DNA of 64,000 nt from Promethearchaeota archaeon (GTDB lineage Archaea > Asgardarchaeota > Lokiarchaeia > Sigyniarchaeales > SOKP01). The stretch spans positions 32,001 to 96,000 of the forward strand of contig JBHLLU010000002.1 of NCBI GenBank assembly GCA_048938895.1. The letters are read 5' to 3'. A program made the position numbers and the translations under genes. Below are positions 19,751-30,178 of this stretch, one piece after another. The number at the start of each line of letters is the position of its first letter. The stretch's first letter is position 1. The notes below the pieces were generated by a model, which saw nothing but the letters and a program-made list of their open reading frames with translations, was not told where the DNA came from and did no database searches.

Positions 19751-20751
19751 CAAAAAGTAATACTTTGGTTAAATATCTAAAAGCAGTGGGCTTAATTTCA
19801 GGTGGTTTGGATAGCTTAACCGCATGTCTTCTAATAAAACAGCAAGGAATTGAAGTATTAGGATTACATATTGAATCTCCCTTTTGTCAATATAAAACTA
19901 ATTTGGACATTTTTCAAACAAAGTTAGGAATAAAAGTACACAATTTACCGCTGGAAGATGATTTCTTAGAAATTATTAAGAATCCTAAATTTGGATATGG
20001 TAAACACATAAATCCCTGTGTAGATTGTAGAATTTATATTTTGAAGAAGGCTAAAAAGTATATGAAAGAGATTAATGCGGATATTATTTTTACAGGGGAA
20101 GTTCTTAACCAAAGGCCAAAATCTCAACATTTAAAAGCACTTCATATCGTAGAGGAAGAGTCTGGACTCAAGGGAAAATTATTAAGACCTTTATCTGCTC
20201 TTCTATTAGAACCTACTATCTATGAAGAAAAAGGGTTAATAGATAGATCTAAACTTCTAGGAATAAAGGGAAGAAGTAGAAAGTCCCAATTAGAATTAGC
20301 TAGAAAGCATGGATTGTTGCAAGATTATTATGCTGGTGGAGGGTGTCTGTTAACAGATGAAAATTATGCAAATCGAATGGAAGATTCCTTAAAATTTGAT
20401 AATGTTCAAACAATAGAAGATATGAAAATCTTAAGATATGGAAGACACTTTAGATTTAACGATACAAAAATAATAGTTGGTAGAGAAGAAAAAGAAAATA
20501 ATATACTACTTAAACTTAGAAAACCTGAAGATTTAATAATGGAAGTTAAGGATGTTCCAGGGCCAGTAACTATAATTCAAGGGAAGATAAATGAAGATAC
20601 GTTAAATTATGCTGCTTCTCTTACACTAAGATATTCTGATTTAGAGGAAACTAGGGGAAGAGTCCTCTATGGAAACGATTACAAAAATCTTGACAAAATT
20701 ATTATCGCCAAAATTCAAACTGATGAAGATCTTAAAAAATACATCATATAG
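19747..20751 (+). CDS. ThiI-like PP-loop tRNA sulfurtransferase with C-terminal DUF814-like region, no THUMP domain
   Basis: SGGLDS, NPCVDCR, TGEVLNQRPKSQ, LLRPLSA, GGGCLLTD, GRHFR, IVGREEKEN. ATGA overlap with tusA. Confidence 0.85.
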   Translation: MTKSNTLVKYLKAVGLISGGLDSLTACLLIKQQGIEVLGLHIESPFCQYKTNLDIFQTKLGIKVHNLPLEDDFLEIIKNPKFGYGKHINPCVDCRIYILKKAKKYMKEINADIIFTGEVLNQRPKSQHLKALHIVEEESGLKGKLLRPLSALLLEPTIYEEKGLIDRSKLLGIKGRSRKSQLELARKHGLLQDYYAGGGCLLTDENYANRMEDSLKFDNVQTIEDMKILRYGRHFRFNDTKIIVGREEKENNILLKLRKPEDLIMEVKDVPGPVTIIQGKINEDTLNYAASLTLRYSDLEETRGRVLYGNDYKNLDKIIIAKIQTDEDLKKYII

Positions 20752-20938
20752 GGAATTAGAAGAGAAAAATAATATTCTTTGAAAAACTAAACTGACATTT
20801 TACATACTTGTCTATATAAACATTACGGAAATAACCTTAATCAGCAAGATATAAATAAAAAATCTAATACTAATGAAATATCATTGCAATGTACTTGATG
20901 ATCTTTAGAAGATCATCTGAAAATTAGGTGTCTTTTTC

Positions 20939-23900
20939 GTGATTTCAAAAAAGAAAAATATTTCTGTAAATGAAGAGTATAAAGAAATAGTCCATAATCT
21001 CGATGTGGGATATTTTCGAGTTGGGTTAGATGGAACTATTCTAAAACATAATCCAAAATTCAACGAGATTTTTGGCATCTCTATAAATAAAAGTTTAGTA
21101 GGAACTAAATCATTTGATTTTTGGCAACAATCAGAGGAGAGAGACAAATTTATTGAAGAATTAACAAGGGTAGGGCATGTTAAAAATTATTTAGCTCACG
21201 CCAGAAAAGTCACTGGAGAAGAAATTGTTGTTCAAGGAAACTCTCATTTGGTGAAAAATGAAAATGACCATCCCATCGCAACTGAGGGGACAATCATTGA
21301 CATTTCCGAAAAATTTATCCTTGAACATAAGTTAAAAACTTCAGAAGAGAAATATAGGGATTTAATTGAATTTTTACCTGATACTATTTTTGAAACTGAT
21401 TTGGATTTAAACATTACCTTTGTCAATTCAGTTGGTTTTGAAAAATTTGGTTATGTAAAAGAAGACCTTGATAAAGGGATAAATATTGGTCAACTTATCG
21501 ATCCTAAATATAGGGAGAAAGCTTATTTGAAAATCAATGAGGTGCTTGAGGGAAAAGCAACTAAACCCGAAACATATTTAATTCAAAAAAGAGATGGAAC
21601 TCCAATTTATGCTAGAATTCATTCAAGACCTATTATAGAGAATGGTTCTATAGTAGGAATGAGAGGAACATTAACTGATATAAATGATAGGATTATAGCT
21701 GAAAAAAAATTAGAAGAATCCGAAGAAAAATATCGAATGATTTCTGAAAATGCAAATGATCTAATTGCCGTAGTTGATATGAATCTTAGCTATGAATACA
21801 TAAATAAAGGTTATGAATTATTAGGCTATACAAAAGAGGAGATTTATAATACTAGTGCTCCTGATTTAATACATCCTGATGATGTAAATCGAGCTGTTGC
21901 TGCATTTATGAAAGGGAAAGAAACAGGAACGGGCTCCGAAGAATTAAGAATAAGACGGAAGGACGGTACTTATTCGTGGTTTGAAGTACAAGGACAGCTT
22001 TTCAAAGATCGAAATGAGGAACAAAAAGCACTTCTAATTTCAAGAAATATAACTGAAAGAAAAAATTTTGAAGAACAATTAAGAGAATCTGAAAGTAAAT
22101 ATCGTTCCTTATTTGAAAATATGAATGCGGGATTTGCATATCATGAGGTTGTTGTGAATGAAATCAATCAACCCATTGATTATATTTACCACGAAGTTAA
22201 TCCTGCCTTTGAAAAGCTTACAGGTATGAAAAGGGAAGATTTGATAGGGAAACGAGTCACTAAAGCAATACCAGGAACGGAAAACGATCCAGCAGATTGG
22301 ATAGGGAAATTTGGGAATGTAGGACTTACAGGTGTTCCTTTAACAGTGGAAGATTATTCTGAAGCGATTGATAGATGGTTTAAAGTATCAGGATATTCTC
22401 CTAAAAAAGGATTCTTTGCCGTGACATTTACAGATATAACAGAAAGAAAAAAGGCAGAGCAAGATTTAATAGAATCAGAATTGAAATTCAGTACAATCGC
22501 AGAGCAATCATTACTAGGGATAGCAATATTGCAAAATGATAAATTCAAATATGTAAATCAAAGATTTGCGGAGATGGGTGATAGAACTGTTGAGGAAATA
22601 AGTAACTGGGGGCCTAGAGAATTTCTAGAAATGGTGCATCCAGATGACAGGAGTATAGTAATTGAACACGCAAAGAATCGACAATTAGGATTAGATAATA
22701 ATTATTCCAGCTATGAATGTAGAACTTTTAAAAAGACTGGGGGTTTGATGTGGGTTCAAACGTATTCTCGAACAATTATATTTAATGGAAAATCAGCGGA
22801 TTTAATCACCACAATTGACATAACGGATCGTAAGCTTGCGGAACAAGAGTTAATAAATTCAGAAGAGAAATATCGCAAATTATTCGAAAATTCTCCAATC
22901 GCCTTGATGGAACAAGACTTCTCAGATACAAAAAAATATATTAACCAATTAAGAACGTCAGGAGTTCAAGATTTTGAGAAATTTTTTGAAGATTATCCTA
23001 AAGAAGCATTAAAATGTATGGTAAAAGTAAAAATAATTGATGTGAATAAGAAAACTTTAGAGATCTACAAAGTTGAGAGTAAAGAGGACTATATTTTTAA
23101 AATGAATCGACCGCAGAATATTTTGGAAAATAATATGCCTGAGGAAATATTTTTAGATAATAAGAAGGAATTATTAGCTCTAATAAATGGTGAAACTGTT
23201 TATGAATCGGAAGTTGCATCCAAAACCCACGATGGTATAGATCTACATCTTTATGCTAAGACATCTATAGTTCCTGGTTTTGAAAAAACATGGTCAAAGG
23301 TAATATTATCTATTGTAGATATAACAGATAGAAAATTAACAGAACAGAAATTAAGAGCTTCTGAAGAGAAATTTTATCACCTTTATGAGAGTTCTCCTTA
23401 TGCGATTCTATTAATCAATATGAGGGGAGATATTGTAGATTGTAACTTATCAACCGAGAAACTTTTAGGTTTCAATAAAAATGAACTGATAGGAAAGCGT
23501 TTCCAAGAAGCAGTTTTCATTCCTAAACAGCATATATCCTTAACTATGGAAGATTTCAATACTCTACTTAAAGGAAAGAAAATAGAATCAAAAGAAGTTC
23601 AGTTGTATACAAAATCTAGAGATCTAAAATGGGTTTCATATCAAGCCTCAACATTTTTCATAGAAAAAGAAATGATAATTCAATTAAGCATTCAGGATAT
23701 TGAAGCAAGAAAGAATGCTGAAAAAGAATTAATTGATTCTGAGGAAAAATACCACAATTTATTTGAAACTTCTCCTAATATAATAATATTAGCTGATCCA
23801 AGAGGTACAATAGTGGAGTGCAACTCTGCGGTTGAAACTATATCTGGCTATTCTCAAGATGAATTCATAGGGAAAAATTTTATAGAATTAGAGATTTATC

Positions 23901-25693
23901 AAGAAGGGGGATTGAAAACTCTTTCTGAGGGTTTTATGGATTTATTTGGGGATAGTAAACTCGAGTATGTCGATCTACCAATAAATCATAAAGATCATCG
24001 TACTATTTGGATCCGTATTATTGCCAGTTTAATCACATTGAGAGGACAAAATTTCATTTTGGTTATAATTCATGATATAACTACCCAAAAGATAGCAGAG
24101 GAAGCCTTAAAAAGAAGTGAAGAACAATATCGTGATTTACTTGAAACCTCTTCCATAGGCGTACTGGAATATGATATGCTTAACAATAAATTAACATATA
24201 TTAATCCTAAATTGTTAGAAATAATTGGATATGAAAAAGGTGAATTAAACGAAGAAATTTTTATTAATAAACTGATATATCATAAAGATCTACAGAAATT
24301 GATTAGAACCAATGAAGAAGCAGATTTAGAATTTCGAATTTTTGATAAACAAGGGAAATTAAAGTGGTTATCAGGAAAAAGAATTCCTAACTATGGGGAT
24401 AACAACGAGATTATTGGAATTAGGGTGTGGTTGGATGATATTACGGAAAAAAAGATGTATGAAGAACTCATTTATGAGCTTAATGTTAATTTCCTAAATT
24501 TTACTACCGATATAAGAACCAATATTGAATTACTTCTAAATACTGCTATGAAGCTGTTGGGGGGAGATTATATAATATATGCACATAAAAATCATTATGA
24601 AGGAGAAAATCAATATCAAATAATCACTTCAGATAACGAAACTTACCTATTTGAACCAAAACAGTTTAAAGAACAACTTCTTCTGAGTGAAATCCTTATT
24701 GAGGGACACGATTTTCCTCAAATATTTTATGATATAGATGATGTCTCATTTGCTCAGTCTGATCCATTTATTAAGAAAGTTTCTGCTAAAGGGGCATTTG
24801 GAAAATTAATTAAGTCTCAAGAGGGGTTTGATAATTTGATATGTGTTTTATATAAAAACAACCCAATCATTACAGGTCAAGATAAATTGGTACTTTTTTT
24901 AATTTCTGATGCAATTGAAATTGAGCAACGGAGATGGCAAGTTCAACAAGATTTAGAGAAGCAAAATATTACATTAAATAAGATAAACAAATTAAAGACT
25001 GAATTATTTTCTAGAACATCACATGAATTAAAAACTCCCTTGATTTCAATTAAAGGATTTACTGAGCTTCTATTGACATTACATAAATCTAAGCTAGATA
25101 CTGAAACCATTTCAATACTTGAGGAAATTAAAGATGGAAGTAAACGTTTAGAGAAAATTATAAATCTTCTTCTTGAAAGCACCAAATTAGAGGCTGGGCA
25201 ATTAGCATTGAAAAAGTCTAAAGAAGATTTAACCTTCCTAATTAATTTTTGCGTGAAAGAACTAAAGGGCCTTGCACGATTAAGAAATCAAACCATAATA
25301 TTTGATATGGATGATACTATTGAAGCATTTTTTGATAAAGAAAGAATCTATGAAGTTATTTCAAATTTACTGCTAAATGCTGTTAAATATACACCTCCTG
25401 GAGGTGAAATTTCAATCCGAGTTCAACAAGATCAAAATTCATACATAATTTCTGTCAAGGATAATGGGATTGGGTTCACAGAAGAAGAAATGGAAAATGT
25501 ATTCAAGCAATTCGGTAAAATCGAAAGATACGGACAAGGCTGGGATGTAGCAATAGAGGGTACTGGACTTGGTTTATATATCACTAAAAAACTTGTTGAA
25601 CTTCATGATGGCAAGATTTGGCTAGAATCTGAAGGACGAAATAAGGGGAGTACATTCTATTTTTCAATTCCTAAAAGTAAAATAATATCGTAG
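20939..25693 (+). CDS. Soluble sensor histidine kinase with about 9 PAS domains, a GAF-like region, HisKA and HATPase
   Basis: Repeated SEEKYR.../DIT linkers; SHELKTPL, NLLLNAVKY, DNGIG, GTGLGL, GSTFYF. Confidence 0.95.
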   Translation: MISKKKNISVNEEYKEIVHNLDVGYFRVGLDGTILKHNPKFNEIFGISINKSLVGTKSFDFWQQSEERDKFIEELTRVGHVKNYLAHARKVTGEEIVVQGNSHLVKNENDHPIATEGTIIDISEKFILEHKLKTSEEKYRDLIEFLPDTIFETDLDLNITFVNSVGFEKFGYVKEDLDKGINIGQLIDPKYREKAYLKINEVLEGKATKPETYLIQKRDGTPIYARIHSRPIIENGSIVGMRGTLTDINDRIIAEKKLEESEEKYRMISENANDLIAVVDMNLSYEYINKGYELLGYTKEEIYNTSAPDLIHPDDVNRAVAAFMKGKETGTGSEELRIRRKDGTYSWFEVQGQLFKDRNEEQKALLISRNITERKNFEEQLRESESKYRSLFENMNAGFAYHEVVVNEINQPIDYIYHEVNPAFEKLTGMKREDLIGKRVTKAIPGTENDPADWIGKFGNVGLTGVPLTVEDYSEAIDRWFKVSGYSPKKGFFAVTFTDITERKKAEQDLIESELKFSTIAEQSLLGIAILQNDKFKYVNQRFAEMGDRTVEEISNWGPREFLEMVHPDDRSIVIEHAKNRQLGLDNNYSSYECRTFKKTGGLMWVQTYSRTIIFNGKSADLITTIDITDRKLAEQELINSEEKYRKLFENSPIALMEQDFSDTKKYINQLRTSGVQDFEKFFEDYPKEALKCMVKVKIIDVNKKTLEIYKVESKEDYIFKMNRPQNILENNMPEEIFLDNKKELLALINGETVYESEVASKTHDGIDLHLYAKTSIVPGFEKTWSKVILSIVDITDRKLTEQKLRASEEKFYHLYESSPYAILLINMRGDIVDCNLSTEKLLGFNKNELIGKRFQEAVFIPKQHISLTMEDFNTLLKGKKIESKEVQLYTKSRDLKWVSYQASTFFIEKEMIIQLSIQDIEARKNAEKELIDSEEKYHNLFETSPNIIILADPRGTIVECNSAVETISGYSQDEFIGKNFIELEIYQEGGLKTLSEGFMDLFGDSKLEYVDLPINHKDHRTIWIRIIASLITLRGQNFILVIIHDITTQKIAEEALKRSEEQYRDLLETSSIGVLEYDMLNNKLTYINPKLLEIIGYEKGELNEEIFINKLIYHKDLQKLIRTNEEADLEFRIFDKQGKLKWLSGKRIPNYGDNNEIIGIRVWLDDITEKKMYEELIYELNVNFLNFTTDIRTNIELLLNTAMKLLGGDYIIYAHKNHYEGENQYQIITSDNETYLFEPKQFKEQLLLSEILIEGHDFPQIFYDIDDVSFAQSDPFIKKVSAKGAFGKLIKSQEGFDNLICVLYKNNPIITGQDKLVLFLISDAIEIEQRRWQVQQDLEKQNITLNKINKLKTELFSRTSHELKTPLISIKGFTELLLTLHKSKLDTETISILEEIKDGSKRLEKIINLLLESTKLEAGQLALKKSKEDLTFLINFCVKELKGLARLRNQTIIFDMDDTIEAFFDKERIYEVISNLLLNAVKYTPPGGEISIRVQQDQNSYIISVKDNGIGFTEEEMENVFKQFGKIERYGQGWDVAIEGTGLGLYITKKLVELHDGKIWLESEGRNKGSTFYFSIPKSKIIS

Positions 25694-25697
25694 TATT

Positions 25698-27827
25698 ATG
25701 GTTGAACAAGATTCAATAGTAAAAGGTTTATTAGAGGACCCCGATTCCTGTAATATTATTGTTGGTGCTGGATGCTCTATAGATAATCCTTCTAATATAG
25801 CTCCCTCTATCGGAATTATAGAAGCAATTATCAAGTTTACATGTGCTAAATCAGAAATAGAAAACATTTTGGGACTTGAAGGCTTACGCTTTGAAATACT
25901 ATTAGAAATTATCAGAAACCTCTTTGACAATGAATTGAAAATATTGGAATATTTAGAGAAATGCGATAAACCTAACAGTATCCACTTTTATTTATCAGAA
26001 ATGATAGATCGAGGAGTAAACGTTATAACAACGAACTTTGATTTCCTAATTGAGCATGCAATTATACAGTCAAACAAAAATCATGAAATGTTCAATTTAG
26101 TTATAACTGAAGAAGATTACCGAAGATTCGAAGATATTATTGAACATAAAAATAATGGAAAAAAGTTTTTGTTTAAAATTCATGGCTCTACAAAAGATAT
26201 ATTAAGGGGAAGAGATACTCAAGAATATTTTCTGTCTTTAATTAAAAAACTTGGTTCCTTCAAAACTGAATTCAACTTATTTTTTGTAGAACCATACAAA
26301 GGGGTTCTTTTTAACAAATTGTTTAATAAAGCTAATATAATCCTAATAGGATATTCTGGTCAAAATGATTTTGATATTATCCCGATTTTAAAACGATATC
26401 ATAAAATGAGAAGAATTATCTGGATTAATCATCTTGAAGACAAAAATGAAAAAGAAAAAATTACTCAAATTGTTAGCAACAGAGAAGAAAATGTTCAAAC
26501 AGAGGATAAGATAGATCAGATCCTTTTGGAGATTAAAAACCAAAACCCAAATATCGATTTAATCCGGATTGATACAAACCTTAGCAATTTTTTTAAAAGT
26601 ATATTAAATTATTACCCTGAACTTTCTGAAGAGAATTTTTCACTTAACTTTAGTGATTGGTTACCTGAGAACCTTGAGATACCCACTATGATGATGAAAT
26701 ATCTCATCCCTCATGTAATATATTTTAACTTTAACAGACTTGAGGACTCTTTCAGATGTGGTATTAGAGCTCTTGAATATATTGACAGTGCAGATAATCA
26801 GTGTCTTAAACAACTCATTTTAAATAATATTGGTTGGATTTATTATAAAATGGGAAACCTTTCCGAAGCAATCGAACACTTCAAAGAGGCAGCAACCATT
26901 GCTCAGGAGTTAGGTAAAAAAGATCAAGAGCTGGTGTATTTAAGTAATTTAGGAGATATAAATGAACGAATTCAAAATTTTCCACAAGCACTTGAGTACT
27001 ATAAAAAAGCTATGGCGCTAGCAGAAAATTCTGGAAACCTTATGGAAGAGTTAAGGATTTTGAATAGTGTTATAGAAGTTTATGAAATACTTGAAAATTA
27101 TTCTGATGCCTTAAAATTCTCTGAAAATGCATTAAAATTATCAGAAAGACTTGGTGATTTAAAGAAAAAAGCAATGGTTCTCAATAATATAGGTTCAATT
27201 TATTATAAACAAAATAACCTTGATTTAGCATTGGATTATTTCCAGCAATCAGAGAAAATATTCCGAAGAATAAACGATAATGAAAACATATCAATTTGCC
27301 TTAATAACATTGGCACAGTTTTTCAAAATTTATATGACTACCCAATAGCATTGAATAAATTTGAGGAAGCGATAGAATTTGATGAAAAATTACAGAATTA
27401 TAAAGGAAAAACTCAACATTTGCGTAAAATAGGAGAAGTCTATTTTGATCAGAATGATTATGTCAGAGCGTTAGATTACTTCAGGGATGCTATTGAAATC
27501 TCTAGGAAATTAAAAGATGAGAAAAGTGAACTTGAACTGCATAATTGGATTGGAAAAACATTTTTCTTTCTTAAAGAATATAATAATGCATTAAAAATAT
27601 ATAGGGATGGATTAAAAATAGCAGAAAAACATAATGATTTGGTGATTAAAGCAGATTTTCTCAATAATATTGCAGGATGTTATTATATGCAATTAAAGTA
27701 TAAAGATTCCTTAAGATATGCTCATGAGTCGTTATTGACTTTAAAACTGATAGGAATGGGAAAATCCATTAAAGCAATAACTTTGGAAAAAAAGATCCTA
27801 AATATTAAAAGTCTAATAAATTCATAA
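25698..27827 (+). CDS. SIR2-like domain plus TPR-repeat protein
   Basis: VGAGCS, ITTNFD, KIHGS and IGYSG, followed by about 8 LNNIG-type TPRs. Confidence 0.88.
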   Translation: MVEQDSIVKGLLEDPDSCNIIVGAGCSIDNPSNIAPSIGIIEAIIKFTCAKSEIENILGLEGLRFEILLEIIRNLFDNELKILEYLEKCDKPNSIHFYLSEMIDRGVNVITTNFDFLIEHAIIQSNKNHEMFNLVITEEDYRRFEDIIEHKNNGKKFLFKIHGSTKDILRGRDTQEYFLSLIKKLGSFKTEFNLFFVEPYKGVLFNKLFNKANIILIGYSGQNDFDIIPILKRYHKMRRIIWINHLEDKNEKEKITQIVSNREENVQTEDKIDQILLEIKNQNPNIDLIRIDTNLSNFFKSILNYYPELSEENFSLNFSDWLPENLEIPTMMMKYLIPHVIYFNFNRLEDSFRCGIRALEYIDSADNQCLKQLILNNIGWIYYKMGNLSEAIEHFKEAATIAQELGKKDQELVYLSNLGDINERIQNFPQALEYYKKAMALAENSGNLMEELRILNSVIEVYEILENYSDALKFSENALKLSERLGDLKKKAMVLNNIGSIYYKQNNLDLALDYFQQSEKIFRRINDNENISICLNNIGTVFQNLYDYPIALNKFEEAIEFDEKLQNYKGKTQHLRKIGEVYFDQNDYVRALDYFRDAIEISRKLKDEKSELELHNWIGKTFFFLKEYNNALKIYRDGLKIAEKHNDLVIKADFLNNIAGCYYMQLKYKDSLRYAHESLLTLKLIGMGKSIKAITLEKKILNIKSLINS

Positions 27828-29162
27828 CTGCTTCATTTCTATATCGCGCTGAGTTCTTACTTTAATGTTATGAGCCGCATCGATATGTATTAAATTGTCA
27901 GTAATAACCTCTTTCTTACCTAGCAAATAAGCAGGTTCCTCAACTAATAATTTATCATCTTTAGCAGCAATTTTTTTCACAATAACATCTGGAAATACAG
28001 GAGTTGCATAACAATAATGACAAAAAGCCCGCTCTTTTGTTAGGTTAAGAATTTCTATGAGTTCCTCATCAGAGACATTGCTTTCCACTTTAAGTTCAAG
28101 CTCATAATCATCTATCATTGGATGGCCATCTTCAATTCCGAATCCTGTAGTTAAATCAATATTCATTGTGGCATGAGTTTCTAATTTTTTAAGTTCAATT
28201 CCATTTAAACCAGCTAGTGTGGCAAATGTACTGGCAAAATCACCGCAAAAACCAGCTATACAAAGTGCAACAGGATGAAAAGATGTACCCCCACCACCTA
28301 AAATAATCGTTTCGTCAGTTTGAACTGTAATATCTCCCGCTCTTTCTGTTGGTAAAATGATTTCAAATTGAGGACCATATTGTACATTTAATCTCCAACG
28401 ACCTTCCGCTTCTATGACTCTTTTACAGAGTGATTTATTTTGTTTAAAGACCTCAATAGTGTCTCTATAGGCATTTAGATTAATTCGATTAAGTTGTTTA
28501 TAATATTTAGAATCTTCTTGATTTGTTTTAATATTAGTCGTTCCCTCATTCAGTAATGTAATCTTTGGAATGGTTGATGTTGATATGCAATAATAACAAA
28601 AACAACGTCGTTTTGTTATTTCTGAAATTTTTTGGAGATCTTCATAACTTGCATCGCTTTCAATAAATAACTCTATCTGATAATGGTCAACTATGGGTAT
28701 GTTTTTCTCTATACCCAATATAGTAGTGAAATCTAAATCACCTTTAACTCTAATCATCAATTGTTTTAATTCAATTCCTTCCATCGCTGCCCATTTTGCA
28801 TATGCTGCAGAATAACATCCACAAAATCCTGCCATACATAGTGAAATTGGATGCAAAGCAGTACCTCCGCCTCCAAATAATGTTAGTCCATCCGTTTGGA
28901 TCGTAATCTCTCCAGCTCTTTCTGTTTTTAATCTTACTTCAAATTGGGGGCCATAATCTAAATGTAGCTGCCAGATCCCCTTAACTTCTAATTTTTTCTT
29001 ACACAGTTCCCGATCCTTTATATATTCACTCACAACTTGTTTAAATCCATCTAAATCAATGCGATTCAAGAATATATGTTTTGGTTTGCCGTCATCGATA
29101 ACCTTTTCTTCAATTTTTTCGGCGAGTTTTTTCAAAGTATCGTTAAAATTTCCAAAATCCAT
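27822..29162 (-). CDS. Tandem double OsmC-domain protein
   Basis: Internal repeat (LNRIxL...W.L...YGPQFE...TERAG.IT.QTD....GGGGT..HP..LC.AGFCG). Start chosen at ATG 29162 after SD AGGT. Confidence 0.85.
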   Translation of the reverse strand: MDFGNFNDTLKKLAEKIEEKVIDDGKPKHIFLNRIDLDGFKQVVSEYIKDRELCKKKLEVKGIWQLHLDYGPQFEVRLKTERAGEITIQTDGLTLFGGGGTALHPISLCMAGFCGCYSAAYAKWAAMEGIELKQLMIRVKGDLDFTTILGIEKNIPIVDHYQIELFIESDASYEDLQKISEITKRRCFCYYCISTSTIPKITLLNEGTTNIKTNQEDSKYYKQLNRINLNAYRDTIEVFKQNKSLCKRVIEAEGRWRLNVQYGPQFEIILPTERAGDITVQTDETIILGGGGTSFHPVALCIAGFCGDFASTFATLAGLNGIELKKLETHATMNIDLTTGFGIEDGHPMIDDYELELKVESNVSDEELIEILNLTKERAFCHYCYATPVFPDVIVKKIAAKDDKLLVEEPAYLLGKKEVITDNLIHIDAAHNIKVRTQRDIEMKQL

Positions 29163-29302
29163 TATAACCTTATATAAGCTATTTATATGTAATAACAAAA
29201 ACTCAATCTAATAATTACATTCTATAAAAAAATCTATCTATTTCAATTTTTTGAAATGTATTGATTAGAATTATAAATAAAAAAAATAATAGAATAAGTT
29301 TT

Positions 29303-29701
29303 CTAAATATCACTCATTCTAAAATATAGATTTAATTTGTGTTGAAACTCATTAAAAAAATCAAGATCTCCATTCCATTTTGTAATATCATTAATACTAA
29401 ACATTTGTTCAAACATTTTACCAATAACAGAACACACTTTTTGAATCTTCTTTTTATTCACATCTAAAGGTGACCGGCATACAAGTACTATCTCATCTTT
29501 CATGCAATGAATGCAGGAATACTTATTATGTCCTATGTTGAATCCTTTTAACTCTCTGCCAGAAATTTCCTTGCTAAACGTCTTAATTGCAGAAATAAAA
29601 AATCCTAGGAAAGTTTTATCCACTTTTTCTTCTTTAGAAAAGTCAACGATCGGAACACCAGCTCTGGAAAAAACCCAAAGTTCATCAAGCATGGGAGACA
29701 T
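29303..29701 (-). CDS. Longin/roadblock-like small protein (Asgard type)
   Basis: LWVFSRAGVPI, FISAIKTFSKEI, F..MF..W.GD..FF.EF pattern. Confidence 0.7.
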   Translation of the reverse strand: MSPMLDELWVFSRAGVPIVDFSKEEKVDKTFLGFFISAIKTFSKEISGRELKGFNIGHNKYSCIHCMKDEIVLVCRSPLDVNKKKIQKVCSVIGKMFEQMFSINDITKWNGDLDFFNEFQHKLNLYFRMSDI

Positions 29702-29740
29702 AATTATTTTTCCTAATTTCTTGTATAAATTTTCAATTTA

Positions 29741-30076
29741 CTAATTTTTAGAAGAACCTAAAACAATTTCTTTATAAGTCTTATAACTTAGATTTACAAC
29801 GATTAAAACAAAAAACCCTCCAAAAACATATACAACAGCAACCATAATATTTGTAACCACAGTATTTTCGAGAGCAAGAAAGATTATATTAAATACATAG
29901 CCACACAAGAATAAGATGATTAACACTTGGATGATTATCCATTTTTTAATTAATCTAGTTGCAGGAAACAATTCTTTAATTTTAGAGACAATTAGAAGGC
30001 TTATAAAAAAAAAGACTATCCCTCCAATTGAACAAATCAAACTAAAATAGAAGTATGCATCTAATGCCATTATCAA
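29741..30076 (-). CDS. Three-TM membrane protein
   Basis: Three hydrophobic helices; lies between two longin-like genes. Confidence 0.7.
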   Translation of the reverse strand: MIMALDAYFYFSLICSIGGIVFFFISLLIVSKIKELFPATRLIKKWIIIQVLIILFLCGYVFNIIFLALENTVVTNIMVAVVYVFGGFFVLIVVNLSYKTYKEIVLGSSKN

Positions 30077-30178
30077 CCACTTATATTATTATAAATTTAG
30101 TAATTTTGTGTTATTTTATCAATTATTTGTTTTTAGAAATATAAAACTTTTTTCCTGTCTTCTTTAATATATTTTATT

